Below the pieces are notes generated by a model that did no database searches, was not told the DNA's origin, and was given only the letters and a program-made list of their open reading frames with translations. Positions 34,385 through 45,340 of a stretch of DNA of 46,366 bases are shown here, in pieces. Within the stretch, counting starts at the first letter, position 1. Each line of letters begins with the position of its first letter. This stretch comes from Chlamydiota bacterium (GTDB lineage Bacteria; Chlamydiota; Chlamydiia; Chlamydiales; JAAKFR01): assembly GCA_011064935.1 (NCBI GenBank), contig JAAKFT010000001.1:1-46366 (forward strand), read 5' to 3'. Both the position numbers and the translations under genes were made by a program.

Positions 34385-34709
34385 GCCAAAACTTGCGACC
34401 AACCCCAACGTTCCTACCCGTTTCAAGTTGGATGTTGATCCTGAATCGCAAACCTTTTCATTAACTCAAATCAAATCCCTGCTTCTCTTCACAAAAACCA
34501 GTTCTATGGATATCGAAGATACAGACACCACGCATGGAAAAATGACTCTATATTGGACAGTGAGGGGTGACTGGAAAGGACAAGCCCTTTCAGCAGAACT
34601 CTCGTTCGGAGAGTTTACCTTTTATCCCCGACACCTAAGCACGGCTATGACAATATGCCGGCTGTTGGACGTAAGAGAGAGGCTGGAGCTTGAGGAAAAG
34701 GACTTCTAA
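34311..34709 (+). CDS. hypothetical protein (possibly the C-terminal part of a split gene)
   Basis: 132-aa ORF in the +1 frame relative to 33611..34384, with no obvious RBS. Its 3' end overlaps the convergent holB by 75 nt. Confidence 0.35.
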   Translation: MHLGALMPIYENNCFRSYTRFVTDKPKLATNPNVPTRFKLDVDPESQTFSLTQIKSLLLFTKTSSMDIEDTDTTHGKMTLYWTVRGDWKGQALSAELSFGEFTFYPRHLSTAMTICRLLDVRERLELEEKDF

Positions 34710-35588
34710 GCAGGTGGAGAGTTTTAATGAGCGCTCGAGAGCGAGGCGAGTTTCATCGATCGCCTTGGAGACGCGAGCAAAGGGAAGGTAAGGCGTTGCT
34801 TTAAGCTTTTCCAGATGCTCCGGAAAGAAAAGGTCTTCCTTTGAACCTCCTACCTGCAACAAAGTGCGGTCGCGATACCATTCAAGTACAACTTCTAAAA
34901 GCGAGAAAGCGCTCTCCTGAAATTTCAGAGTGACGGCCCCCTCAACCTCTTTCTCAAAGGTTGCTTTTTCGGCAGGAGAGAAGTCAGTAGTTAGACTCTT
35001 TCTTAAGTTTTTTTCCCACTCTTTCTTTTCCTGGTCGAGAAAGTTCGAGATCTCCTCTAATTCTTTATAAGTTGGCCCCTTGATTAGGAGAGTCAGAAAC
35101 TGATTTTGCAGTGAAGTCTTATCTCTAACAGGAGGGATCCAAAAGTCAATCTTCTGACAGCGAGAGAGAACTGTGGGGAGCAGTTTGCTTGGCTTGGAAG
35201 AGAGCAAGATAATGACTGACCGAGGGGTTGGTTCCTCAAAGGTCTTAAGAAGAGCATTGCTGCTGGTTGGGAGCATTCTCTCAGCATCGTGGATGATGAA
35301 AAACTGGAGGTGAGCCTCATTGGGGCACATGGCCACTTCTCGAGTAAGACCTCGAAGAGAGTCGATGGAGTGTATGCCTGTTTTCCCCTCGGGGTGAAAG
35401 AGGTGAATGTCGGGGTGATTACCTGAGGCGATCTTGGTGCGGTGATGAGGATTGTGAAGGCAGATCACATCACAGGCAAATTGGATGGCAGCTTTGGCTT
35501 TTCCTGATCCTTTGGGGCCTGCGAAAAGCAAAGAGTGCGGGATAGTCTCCTTCTTTACCATCTTGGCGAGACGCATCCCTGCATTCAT
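34635..35588 (-). CDS. holB: DNA polymerase III subunit delta'
   Basis: HSLLFAGPKGSGK Walker-type motif, ALLKTFEEP and TVLSRCQ motifs; 317 aa. Confidence 0.9.
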   Translation of the reverse strand: MNAGMRLAKMVKKETIPHSLLFAGPKGSGKAKAAIQFACDVICLHNPHHRTKIASGNHPDIHLFHPEGKTGIHSIDSLRGLTREVAMCPNEAHLQFFIIHDAERMLPTSSNALLKTFEEPTPRSVIILLSSKPSKLLPTVLSRCQKIDFWIPPVRDKTSLQNQFLTLLIKGPTYKELEEISNFLDQEKKEWEKNLRKSLTTDFSPAEKATFEKEVEGAVTLKFQESAFSLLEVVLEWYRDRTLLQVGGSKEDLFFPEHLEKLKATPYLPFARVSKAIDETRLALERSLKLSTCLEVLFLKLQPLSYVQQPAYCHSRA

Positions 35589-36241
35589 GACGGGTTCTTT
35601 AGCTTGAAAAGTTCGACGGCTTGAAGGGCGGCTTTGTACACATCCTCCTGAGGCTGACCTGCATCGATTATCGTGATGCGTTCAGGGTGTTTGTCCGCTA
35701 GTTGGAGATAGCCTTGCCTGACTTGTTTGTGGAACTGGAGCTTCTCCAGCTCTAAGCGATCAAGCTCCCTGTCAGACTGGCTCTTGATGCGGTGAAGACC
35801 AATTTCTGGGTCAAGATCGAGATAGAGGGTGCGATCTGGAGTGGCAAGTCCATTGCAAGCCAAGGCACATAGCTCTTCAACGTAACTCATCCCAAGGTGA
35901 CGAGCACACCCCTGATAGACGATCGTCGAGTCATTGAATCTCTCGCAAATAACAACCTTCCCCTCTCGCAAGGCAGGCACAATAATCTCTTCGATATGTT
36001 GTAGGCGGCTCGCAAGATAGAGAAGAAGCTCGCTTCGATCACAAATAGTGAAGTCGGTGTTTGGATTTAGTACAAGATGACGGATCTTTTCTGAGAGAGG
36101 TGTTCCTCCTGGCTCTCGAGTTTTAACGATGGTGTATCCGCGTGAGGTAAACTCCTGGGCAAGCTTTTCGGTGAGGGTCGATTTACCCGATCCGTCCCCA
36201 CCCTCAATGGTGATAAAGCACCCTTTGTACTCTTTACTCAT
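35585..36241 (-). CDS. tmk: thymidylate kinase
   Basis: FITIEGGDGSGKST P-loop and REPGGT motif; 218 aa. Confidence 0.95.
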   Translation of the reverse strand: MSKEYKGCFITIEGGDGSGKSTLTEKLAQEFTSRGYTIVKTREPGGTPLSEKIRHLVLNPNTDFTICDRSELLLYLASRLQHIEEIIVPALREGKVVICERFNDSTIVYQGCARHLGMSYVEELCALACNGLATPDRTLYLDLDPEIGLHRIKSQSDRELDRLELEKLQFHKQVRQGYLQLADKHPERITIIDAGQPQEDVYKAALQAVELFKLKNPS

Positions 36242-38693
36242 CGTCAGTCTTTATTCCTTCTAGTTTTTCCATAACCATCAGAGTATCCCCATCTTTCAAA
36301 TTGACGAGCTTGACTCCTTGAGTGGCTCTACCCATAACTCTTAGGTCCGCCATGCTGATGCGCAGGGTTTGACCCTGAGCAGACATCATGACCATTCCAT
36401 CATCATCGGTTACCGAAGCGGCTCCTATCACATTTCCGTTACGTTCGCTCGTAATAATCGCTCGCACACCAACGCCTCCGCGATTGGTCTGACGGAAATC
36501 CTCTACATGGGACCGCTTCCCAAATCCCTTCTCACAGACAACGAGAATGGTCTCATCGCCGGAAACTACTTCGCAACTGACAACGCGATCAGCTTCTTTG
36601 TCTTTGAGCGCAATCCCTTTCACACCACGAGCCGTTCTTCCCATGGGGCGCACTTTTTTCTGATCAAAACGAACAGCCATTCCGCTATAGGTAAAAAGCA
36701 TGACTTGCTCATCTTTTTGAACGAGCCGCGCAGCAATCATTTCATCTCCCTCGTCAATGTCAAGGGCACGGATACCTTTGCGTCTCGGATTGCTGAAGGC
36801 AGTCATTTCGGTCTTCTTCACTATTCCATTTCGTGTAGACATCAAAATGTAACGATCTTTTTCAAACTCCTTGGCACATAGAATAGTTGCGATTTTCTCA
36901 TCTGGCTGAATATCTTCGAGGAAGTTAATCAGCGGCTTACCTTTTGAACGGCGAACAGCTTCGGGAAGCTGCCAGACTTTGAGCCAGTAACACCGTCCTT
37001 TGTTGGTGAAGATAAGCAGGTAGTCGTGCATTGAGGCAACATAGAGACCTTTCAAAGCGTCGTTTTCCCGTTTCAAATCTAAGCCTGTGACCCCTTGTCC
37101 GCCGCGCCTTTGCTCTCGGAAGAGTGAGAGGAACATCCGTTTGACGTAGTCATCTTGAGAGATCGTGATGATAACTGGTTCGTCGGCGATCAGATCTTCG
37201 ATATTAAACTCTCCCTCAGCTGGGATGATCTTGGTGCGACGGGGAGTTTTATGAGTTTTTTGGATCTGCTCCAGTTCATCGCGGATAATCCCTTTGACAA
37301 GCTCTTCACTAGCCAAGATAGAGCGTAAATAGTCGACCTTCTTCAGGAGTTCCTGATGTTCCTTAGATATCTTCTCATGCTCGAGACCCGTCAGCTGATA
37401 GAGGCGCAGGTCGAGGACAGCATTGGCCTGCCTGTCGGTAAAATGAAACTTAGCGATCAATTCGTTTTTAGCTTGCTCCTTGTCAGTGCTGGCACGAATA
37501 ATTCGAACCACTTCATCGAGACTGGCAATCGCCTTGAGATATCCCTCAAGTATATGGGCGCGCGCCTCGGCTTTAGCTAGCTCAAAGCGAGTTCGCCGAC
37601 GAATCACATCAATGCGATGGGCAATCCATGCCGTGATCATCTGCTTGATGTTCATCAGGCGCGGGAGATTTTTGTCGAGCGCAAGCATGTTGCACCCAAA
37701 GGTCACCTGAAGATCGGTAAATTTGTAGAGCTGGTTGATGACAACGTCCGGCATCTCTCCCCGTTTAAGTTCGAGAACAATGCGCATACCATCTTTGTCT
37801 GATTCATCGCGCACATCAGAAAGAGCGGTAATGATCTTGTTGTTGACGAGATCGGCAATCTGTTCGACTAGGCGAGACTTGTTCACATTGTAGGGAAGCT
37901 CGTCGATCACTACTCTCTCTCTACCAGGCTGATCGGAATGCTCTTCAGTGTGCAAAGCGCCTCGAACAGCTAGTTTTCCCCTTCCTGTGTTGTAGGCCTC
38001 ATGGATACCTCGATGGCCACAGATAACCCCTCCCGTTGGAAAATCGGGGCCGGGCACAACTTGGATAATCTCCTCGATCGTGGTCTGTTTGTTTTCAAGG
38101 AGCAAAAGAGTAGCAACGATCAACTCATTGAGGTTGTGGGGAGGAATATTGGTCGCCATTCCCACGGCGATCCCCGATGAACCATTGCAGAGCAGATTGG
38201 GAAATTTAGCAGGAAAAACGGTGGGTTCTTTTTTGGTCTCATCGTAGTTAGAGACCATATCAACAGTCTCTTTTTCGAGATCCTCCATAAGCTGCAGCGC
38301 TCCCACCGTCAGCCTTGCTTCGGTATATCGCATCGCCGCGGGTGAATCCCCGTCGACCGATCCAAAGTTCCCCTGCCCATTGACGAGTGGATAGCCCATG
38401 GACCACGCTTGTGCCATACGAACCAGAGTAGGATAGATCACCGTCTCACCGTGAGGATGGTAGTCTCCAGAAGTGTCGCCGCAAATCTTGGCGCATTTAC
38501 GATGTTTGGCGCCGGGGGTCAGATTGAGTTGACGCATAGCATAGAGAATGCGCCGTTGCGAAGGTTTGAGCCCGTCACGCACATCCGGCAGCGCCCTAGA
38601 AATAATCACCGACATCGAGTAGCGGAGATAGCTCTCTTTCATCTCATCTTCAAGATTTCGGGTGAGAATGATTTCTTTTACTTTTTCGTTCAT
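36234..38693 (-). CDS. gyrA: DNA gyrase subunit A
   Basis: YLRYSMSVIISRALPDVRDGLKPSQRRILYAM, GDTSGDYHPHGE, AAMRYTEARL; 819 aa. Confidence 0.98.
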   Translation of the reverse strand: MNEKVKEIILTRNLEDEMKESYLRYSMSVIISRALPDVRDGLKPSQRRILYAMRQLNLTPGAKHRKCAKICGDTSGDYHPHGETVIYPTLVRMAQAWSMGYPLVNGQGNFGSVDGDSPAAMRYTEARLTVGALQLMEDLEKETVDMVSNYDETKKEPTVFPAKFPNLLCNGSSGIAVGMATNIPPHNLNELIVATLLLLENKQTTIEEIIQVVPGPDFPTGGVICGHRGIHEAYNTGRGKLAVRGALHTEEHSDQPGRERVVIDELPYNVNKSRLVEQIADLVNNKIITALSDVRDESDKDGMRIVLELKRGEMPDVVINQLYKFTDLQVTFGCNMLALDKNLPRLMNIKQMITAWIAHRIDVIRRRTRFELAKAEARAHILEGYLKAIASLDEVVRIIRASTDKEQAKNELIAKFHFTDRQANAVLDLRLYQLTGLEHEKISKEHQELLKKVDYLRSILASEELVKGIIRDELEQIQKTHKTPRRTKIIPAEGEFNIEDLIADEPVIITISQDDYVKRMFLSLFREQRRGGQGVTGLDLKRENDALKGLYVASMHDYLLIFTNKGRCYWLKVWQLPEAVRRSKGKPLINFLEDIQPDEKIATILCAKEFEKDRYILMSTRNGIVKKTEMTAFSNPRRKGIRALDIDEGDEMIAARLVQKDEQVMLFTYSGMAVRFDQKKVRPMGRTARGVKGIALKDKEADRVVSCEVVSGDETILVVCEKGFGKRSHVEDFRQTNRGGVGVRAIITSERNGNVIGAASVTDDDGMVMMSAQGQTLRISMADLRVMGRATQGVKLVNLKDGDTLMVMEKLEGIKTDDE

Positions 38694-38709
38694 AGTTTAT
38701 TACTATAAT

Positions 38710-41196
<2,487 letters not shown>

Positions 41197-41538
41197 TTAT
41201 CCCATTCGAAAAACAATTGTTTTGATCATCGTCCCAGGAAAGCGATCCCTAAGGTTTTTGATCAGGCGAGGTTTATCATTTTGATTCAGCAAACTATAAA
41301 GCGTAGAGTTCATCACCCTCACCCACAATACCCCCTCCTGAAAACTCTCTGCCTTGGTCATCGGAGCCAGCTTAGGACCAATGACATTAGGCCATGAAGC
41401 CAGAACCAAATCAGGACGGTCTTGATAGAGCCTGCCGATATCTTGCAGCACACGCGGCAGAAGTTCGCCAATATGGCGCATGGTGGGCTTAGTCGAATCG
41501 TATCTTCTGGATGAATATTTAGACGATTTTCGCCGCAT
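41197..41538 (-). CDS. DUF721 (DciA-like) protein
   Basis: 113 aa. W..V(I)GP.LA..T....F..GVLWV.V.NS....LN......L...L pattern, in the conserved position next to gyrB. Confidence 0.7.
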   Translation of the reverse strand: MRRKSSKYSSRRYDSTKPTMRHIGELLPRVLQDIGRLYQDRPDLVLASWPNVIGPKLAPMTKAESFQEGVLWVRVMNSTLYSLLNQNDKPRLIKNLRDRFPGTMIKTIVFRMG

Positions 41539-41588
41539 AATTATGAGCCCTAAATGAAGTCATAAGATAACAAAAAAAGAGGTAAATA

Positions 41589-41891
41589 TCAAGCAGTATC
41601 AGAAGAAGGTGCTGACTTCTTTTTCCTCAATAAAAAGGCTGCTGCTGCCAACGGCAGAATAGCTACTAAAGTCAGTCCACCTGCGACGATATACATCGCA
41701 CCTGCCCCCCAAAGTCCCGCAGCAAAAAGTGCTGCGGCAATCATGATGAGTATACCGACAACCAGCAGCGTGATTCCCTTTCCATTCCTAAGGCTGCATC
41801 TTCTACCCCGCAAATCCCCTGCCCCTTGTGCAGCGTCATTGGGCGGCGTTCGGGAAACCGAAGGGTTGCCTGCTTTATTAGCTTTGCTCAT
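41589..41891 (-). CDS. small membrane protein with a bilobed hydrophobic domain (Inc-like candidate)
   Basis: 100 aa. ITLLVVGILIMIAAALFAAGLW-GAG-AMYIVAGGLTLVAILPLAAAAFLL, flanked by a polar N-terminus and a KKK tail. Confidence 0.55.
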   Translation of the reverse strand: MSKANKAGNPSVSRTPPNDAAQGAGDLRGRRCSLRNGKGITLLVVGILIMIAAALFAAGLWGAGAMYIVAGGLTLVAILPLAAAAFLLRKKKSAPSSDTA

Positions 41892-41952
41892 AATTATTAA
41901 CCGTTTGTTTGGGCAGAATTATAAAGAAAACAGCTCTATATTCATACGATAA

Positions 41953-43890
41953 TCAATAATTTAAAGCGGAGTATTTTTGGTCTGTCCATTCGGTCATCGC
42001 CTTCTCAACGGCCAGGCGCAGGCGGATGGATTCCGCCAGATCGCTGGTCCTCGAAATAACCCCAAAACAGGAGAGGTCATTATTGAGAACATAACAGGTG
42101 GCCAACTGGAATGAAGAGATCTTGAGATCATCAATAGCCTTCTTGACGGGCTCTCTAAATGAAGAGTCGGCCGAGGTGACCAGCATGTAGAAATAGTTTG
42201 AGTCTTCTTGAATCTGGTAGTGACAGGGTTGATCTTTAGCTAGCTCATCCTGCTCAATATCTAGAAGCATGTGAAAGAGTTTTCTTAGAGGCTCAGGCTC
42301 AAGGATACTGCGCATAGTGGCAGGCGAGAGGGAGTAAAAAAAGTTCTCCAGCAAAAAGCTATTCTCTTTGGCTTTGGGGCCAAGAAGTCGACAGAGATCG
42401 GTCATCAGCTCGGCCTCTTTGGAGATCGTCCCTCCGTTGTAATCTCGATACTCACCCATCACCCTCGTGAGCTCTTGCGAGATTCCTTGACGAGCTTTGT
42501 AGAGATCGACAGAACGGTCCTGGCGTAAGAATGGCGCCTTCCGGATGCGTACTTTGAAAACCGACGCCTCTTTATTATATTTCTTTCTTAAAGTACCGAC
42601 ATTCTTTGTTCTGTCGAAAATAATCTCCAAATAAGAGGGCTTATCCTCAAAAAATTCGGCAAGCGTTCGGCAGTGAAGCCTGACCACCCTAAGCACGACC
42701 ACCAAAAACTCTAGCGCTTCGCCGGTCTGTTGATTAAAACTGATCATCACATGGGGAAGGTCGCGGACAAACTTCAACTGATTGCTCAAAGTGAGAATAT
42801 CGCGCATAATCTCCTCTTCGTTCGGAGGCATAAAGATCGGATTGAGCCGCTGCTCAACACAGCTTTTCAGCACTCCGGAAAGCTCCTGTTTCAAAAGCTT
42901 GGTCTCTTGCAGCGATAGGGGTATGTCCGCTTTTTTTGTGATCTCCAAATAGTACATCCGAGTGGACTCGCTGCGACTATCATTCGCAAAAAAAGACCCC
43001 TCGACTACACGAGCGTCGGGAATCAATGTTTGAACCCCTCCAAGGATATGCCTCTCATCAAAAATCTCGTTCTCACCCAAATAACTCATTCCCAGAACGA
43101 TTCCAACCACCTTTTCCTTGCCATTGAGGCGGGCGTGAATGATTTTGGCGCTAATATACCGCCTCTCGGGAAAGGCTTCTAGGCAGATACGAAGGGCTTT
43201 GCGGAAAAGATAGTGAACACAGATGATTCGGCTCATTTGCTTGTATTCACGCGCCGCTTTAAATTCGTTCTTGCAAAGAACCAGAAAGTGCTGCATCTCC
43301 GAGAGCACATCATAGTCAAAATCTTGAGGTCGCTTTTTGACCAGCAAAGTGATGTTTTCTTGAATCATCGCCGTCTTTTCATCTGCTGAAAGCCCCTTAA
43401 TCTCGAGTATCCGATTGGCCTGGTAGGCGGACTCGACCCCAAGGCGAATCTCAGACTCGATGATCGGCAAATTTTGCTCCATAATCGCCAGTTCATGGCG
43501 ACTCTCAATGCGAACTTTAACCTCACCCCCGACATACATCTGCTCTCCCAGCTCAGGGATTCCGAAATCAACAGCAAACTGCAACAGGGCGTTCATCCGC
43601 TTCCCTGGAATCAACCAGCGGCTCACCATCTCATAGAAAAAGCGAAAGACATTTGGACGAAAACGACAGCAGAGAAAAAACGAGAGATCGAAGGGCGGTT
43701 CGCCCATAGGCGTCCAACTAAAGATCGGTAACATCTTATGAAATCGGAGAAGCGCATCCTCTTCCTCAAAAAAATGGGGAGGGAGAACGTGGCTCATGAT
43801 CTGGTTTATAGCACTCACATAAAAGGGATTTGATGAGTGTAGAGGATCGATATCAAAGGGTGTGATCACTGATGGATATTCTTCACTCAT
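41953..43890 (-). CDS. conserved-looking hypothetical protein (645 aa); its start overlaps the stop of the upstream aspartokinase-like gene
   Basis: Long uninterrupted ORF with no motif I can name. Its start overlaps the upstream gene's stop by 8 nt. Confidence 0.6.
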   Translation of the reverse strand: MSEEYPSVITPFDIDPLHSSNPFYVSAINQIMSHVLPPHFFEEEDALLRFHKMLPIFSWTPMGEPPFDLSFFLCCRFRPNVFRFFYEMVSRWLIPGKRMNALLQFAVDFGIPELGEQMYVGGEVKVRIESRHELAIMEQNLPIIESEIRLGVESAYQANRILEIKGLSADEKTAMIQENITLLVKKRPQDFDYDVLSEMQHFLVLCKNEFKAAREYKQMSRIICVHYLFRKALRICLEAFPERRYISAKIIHARLNGKEKVVGIVLGMSYLGENEIFDERHILGGVQTLIPDARVVEGSFFANDSRSESTRMYYLEITKKADIPLSLQETKLLKQELSGVLKSCVEQRLNPIFMPPNEEEIMRDILTLSNQLKFVRDLPHVMISFNQQTGEALEFLVVVLRVVRLHCRTLAEFFEDKPSYLEIIFDRTKNVGTLRKKYNKEASVFKVRIRKAPFLRQDRSVDLYKARQGISQELTRVMGEYRDYNGGTISKEAELMTDLCRLLGPKAKENSFLLENFFYSLSPATMRSILEPEPLRKLFHMLLDIEQDELAKDQPCHYQIQEDSNYFYMLVTSADSSFREPVKKAIDDLKISSFQLATCYVLNNDLSCFGVISRTSDLAESIRLRLAVEKAMTEWTDQKYSALNY

Positions 43891-44665
43891 AAATCAGCTC
43901 TTTATTTGAAGTTTGTTTGTCTGAAAAAACCAATGACCCTTCCACATCTGCGTGATGAAACGACCGAATCTGAAGGGGCAGGCCATTTTTTTGCGCCAAC
44001 CTGATAGCTCTAGGATGCAGCACCTTGCCCCCAGAGGCATGGATCACTTTCAAGGCTTCATCGAAAGAAAGTCTGGAGCAGAGTGTCGAATCCGTAAACT
44101 GCTTGGGATCTTGATCAAAAATACCCGTAACATCCTTGTAAAACTCCACCCTGTCTGCTCCCAGCGCCACTCCGAGCGCCACCGCTGTTGTGTCCGACCC
44201 ACCTCGCCCGAGTGTAGTGATCTCTCTGTTCTCGCTCATTCCCTGAAATCCAGCTACGATCACAAATTTACCCTGAGAGAGCGATTCTAACAACCGATAG
44301 GGACGAACATCGATAATCGTAGCCTCCGAGTGATCAGAGGTGGTGATAATCCCCGTTTGACTCCCCGTATAGCTCACCGCCCCGCGCCCCTTCGCAGCGA
44401 GCGCCATAGCCAGAAGGGCGATGCTGACCCTCTCGCCCACGCTGACCAGCATGTCATACTCTCGCCGAGGAGGATCGCTATTCACCTCCTTGGCAAGCGA
44501 GATCAGCTCGTCGGTCATATTACCCATGGCGCTGATCACGATGGCAATTTTCTTGTAGTCCGCATTCCGCCTGAGGATAAGATCCGCAATTTTTGAAAAA
44601 TTTTTTGCTGACTTTACTGCAGCTCCCCCAAATTTCATGATGAGGATTTTATCGCTTTTTGCCAT
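43883..44665 (-). CDS. aspartokinase-like amino-acid kinase, catalytic domain only (no ACT domains)
   Basis: ILIMKFGGAAVKS, VISAMGNMTDELI, TTLGRGGSDTTAVALGVALGADRVEFYKDVTGIFDQDP (aspartokinase signatures). Only about 260-274 aa. Start taken as the ATG at 44665; the ORF track extends to 44707, which would overlap the divergent yhhQ start. Confidence 0.75.
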   Translation of the reverse strand: MAKSDKILIMKFGGAAVKSAKNFSKIADLILRRNADYKKIAIVISAMGNMTDELISLAKEVNSDPPRREYDMLVSVGERVSIALLAMALAAKGRGAVSYTGSQTGIITTSDHSEATIIDVRPYRLLESLSQGKFVIVAGFQGMSENREITTLGRGGSDTTAVALGVALGADRVEFYKDVTGIFDQDPKQFTDSTLCSRLSFDEALKVIHASGGKVLHPRAIRLAQKNGLPLQIRSFHHADVEGSLVFSDKQTSNKELIYE

Positions 44666-44674
44666 ACTTACTGG

Positions 44675-45340
44675 ATGCTCTTTAATATCCTCACGCTTTT
44701 CCTGCATGTTGTTACTGTCAGCAGCTTAACGCTTTTTGCTCTTCGCATAGGCAGAGAAGCGCTCGTAGCCTGGCTCGCTCTCCTAATTGTCGCCGTCAAT
44801 CTCTTTGTTCTTAAACAAATCACCCTTTTTGGCTTAAGCGTGACCTGTAGCGATGCTTTAGCAGTAGGGTATCTTCTTGGACTGAATTTAATTCAAGAAT
44901 TTTTTGGACAAAAGTTTGCTCGCAAAACCGTTTGGACCACATTTTTTATCTCCATCTCCTTTCTTTGTCTTTCCCTAATCCACCTCGCCTACCACCCGAA
45001 TGGTTTTGACACTACCCACTCGCACTTCTTGGCTCTCTTCACGCCCATGCCTAGAATTATTTTTGCTTCCCTTTTTACCTTCCTCCTCGTCCAGTTTTTC
45101 AACATCACCCTCTTTAGCTGGCTCACAAGTCGCACCTCTTTTGCTGGACGCACCCTCATCTCCTTGCTCGCCTCAATGGTGCTCGACACCCTCTTATTCT
45201 CCTTTCTAGGACTCTATGGCATCGCAGCCAACCTTCTCCACGTCATTCTATTCAGCCTGGCCGTGAAGAGCCTAGCGGGTCTTTTGTCCGCCCCCTTTGT
45301 CTTACTATCCAAAAGAGTGATCAAACATGAAACCGTTTAG
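44675..45340 (+). CDS. yhhQ: YhhQ/DUF165 (VUT-family) queuosine-precursor transporter
   Basis: 221 aa and polytopic. FTFLLVQFFNITLFSWL and SMVLDTLLFSFLGLYG match the two YhhQ-family motifs (Q..D..F; S...DT..F). Directly precedes and overlaps tgt. Confidence 0.7.
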   Translation: MLFNILTLFLHVVTVSSLTLFALRIGREALVAWLALLIVAVNLFVLKQITLFGLSVTCSDALAVGYLLGLNLIQEFFGQKFARKTVWTTFFISISFLCLSLIHLAYHPNGFDTTHSHFLALFTPMPRIIFASLFTFLLVQFFNITLFSWLTSRTSFAGRTLISLLASMVLDTLLFSFLGLYGIAANLLHVILFSLAVKSLAGLLSAPFVLLSKRVIKHETV

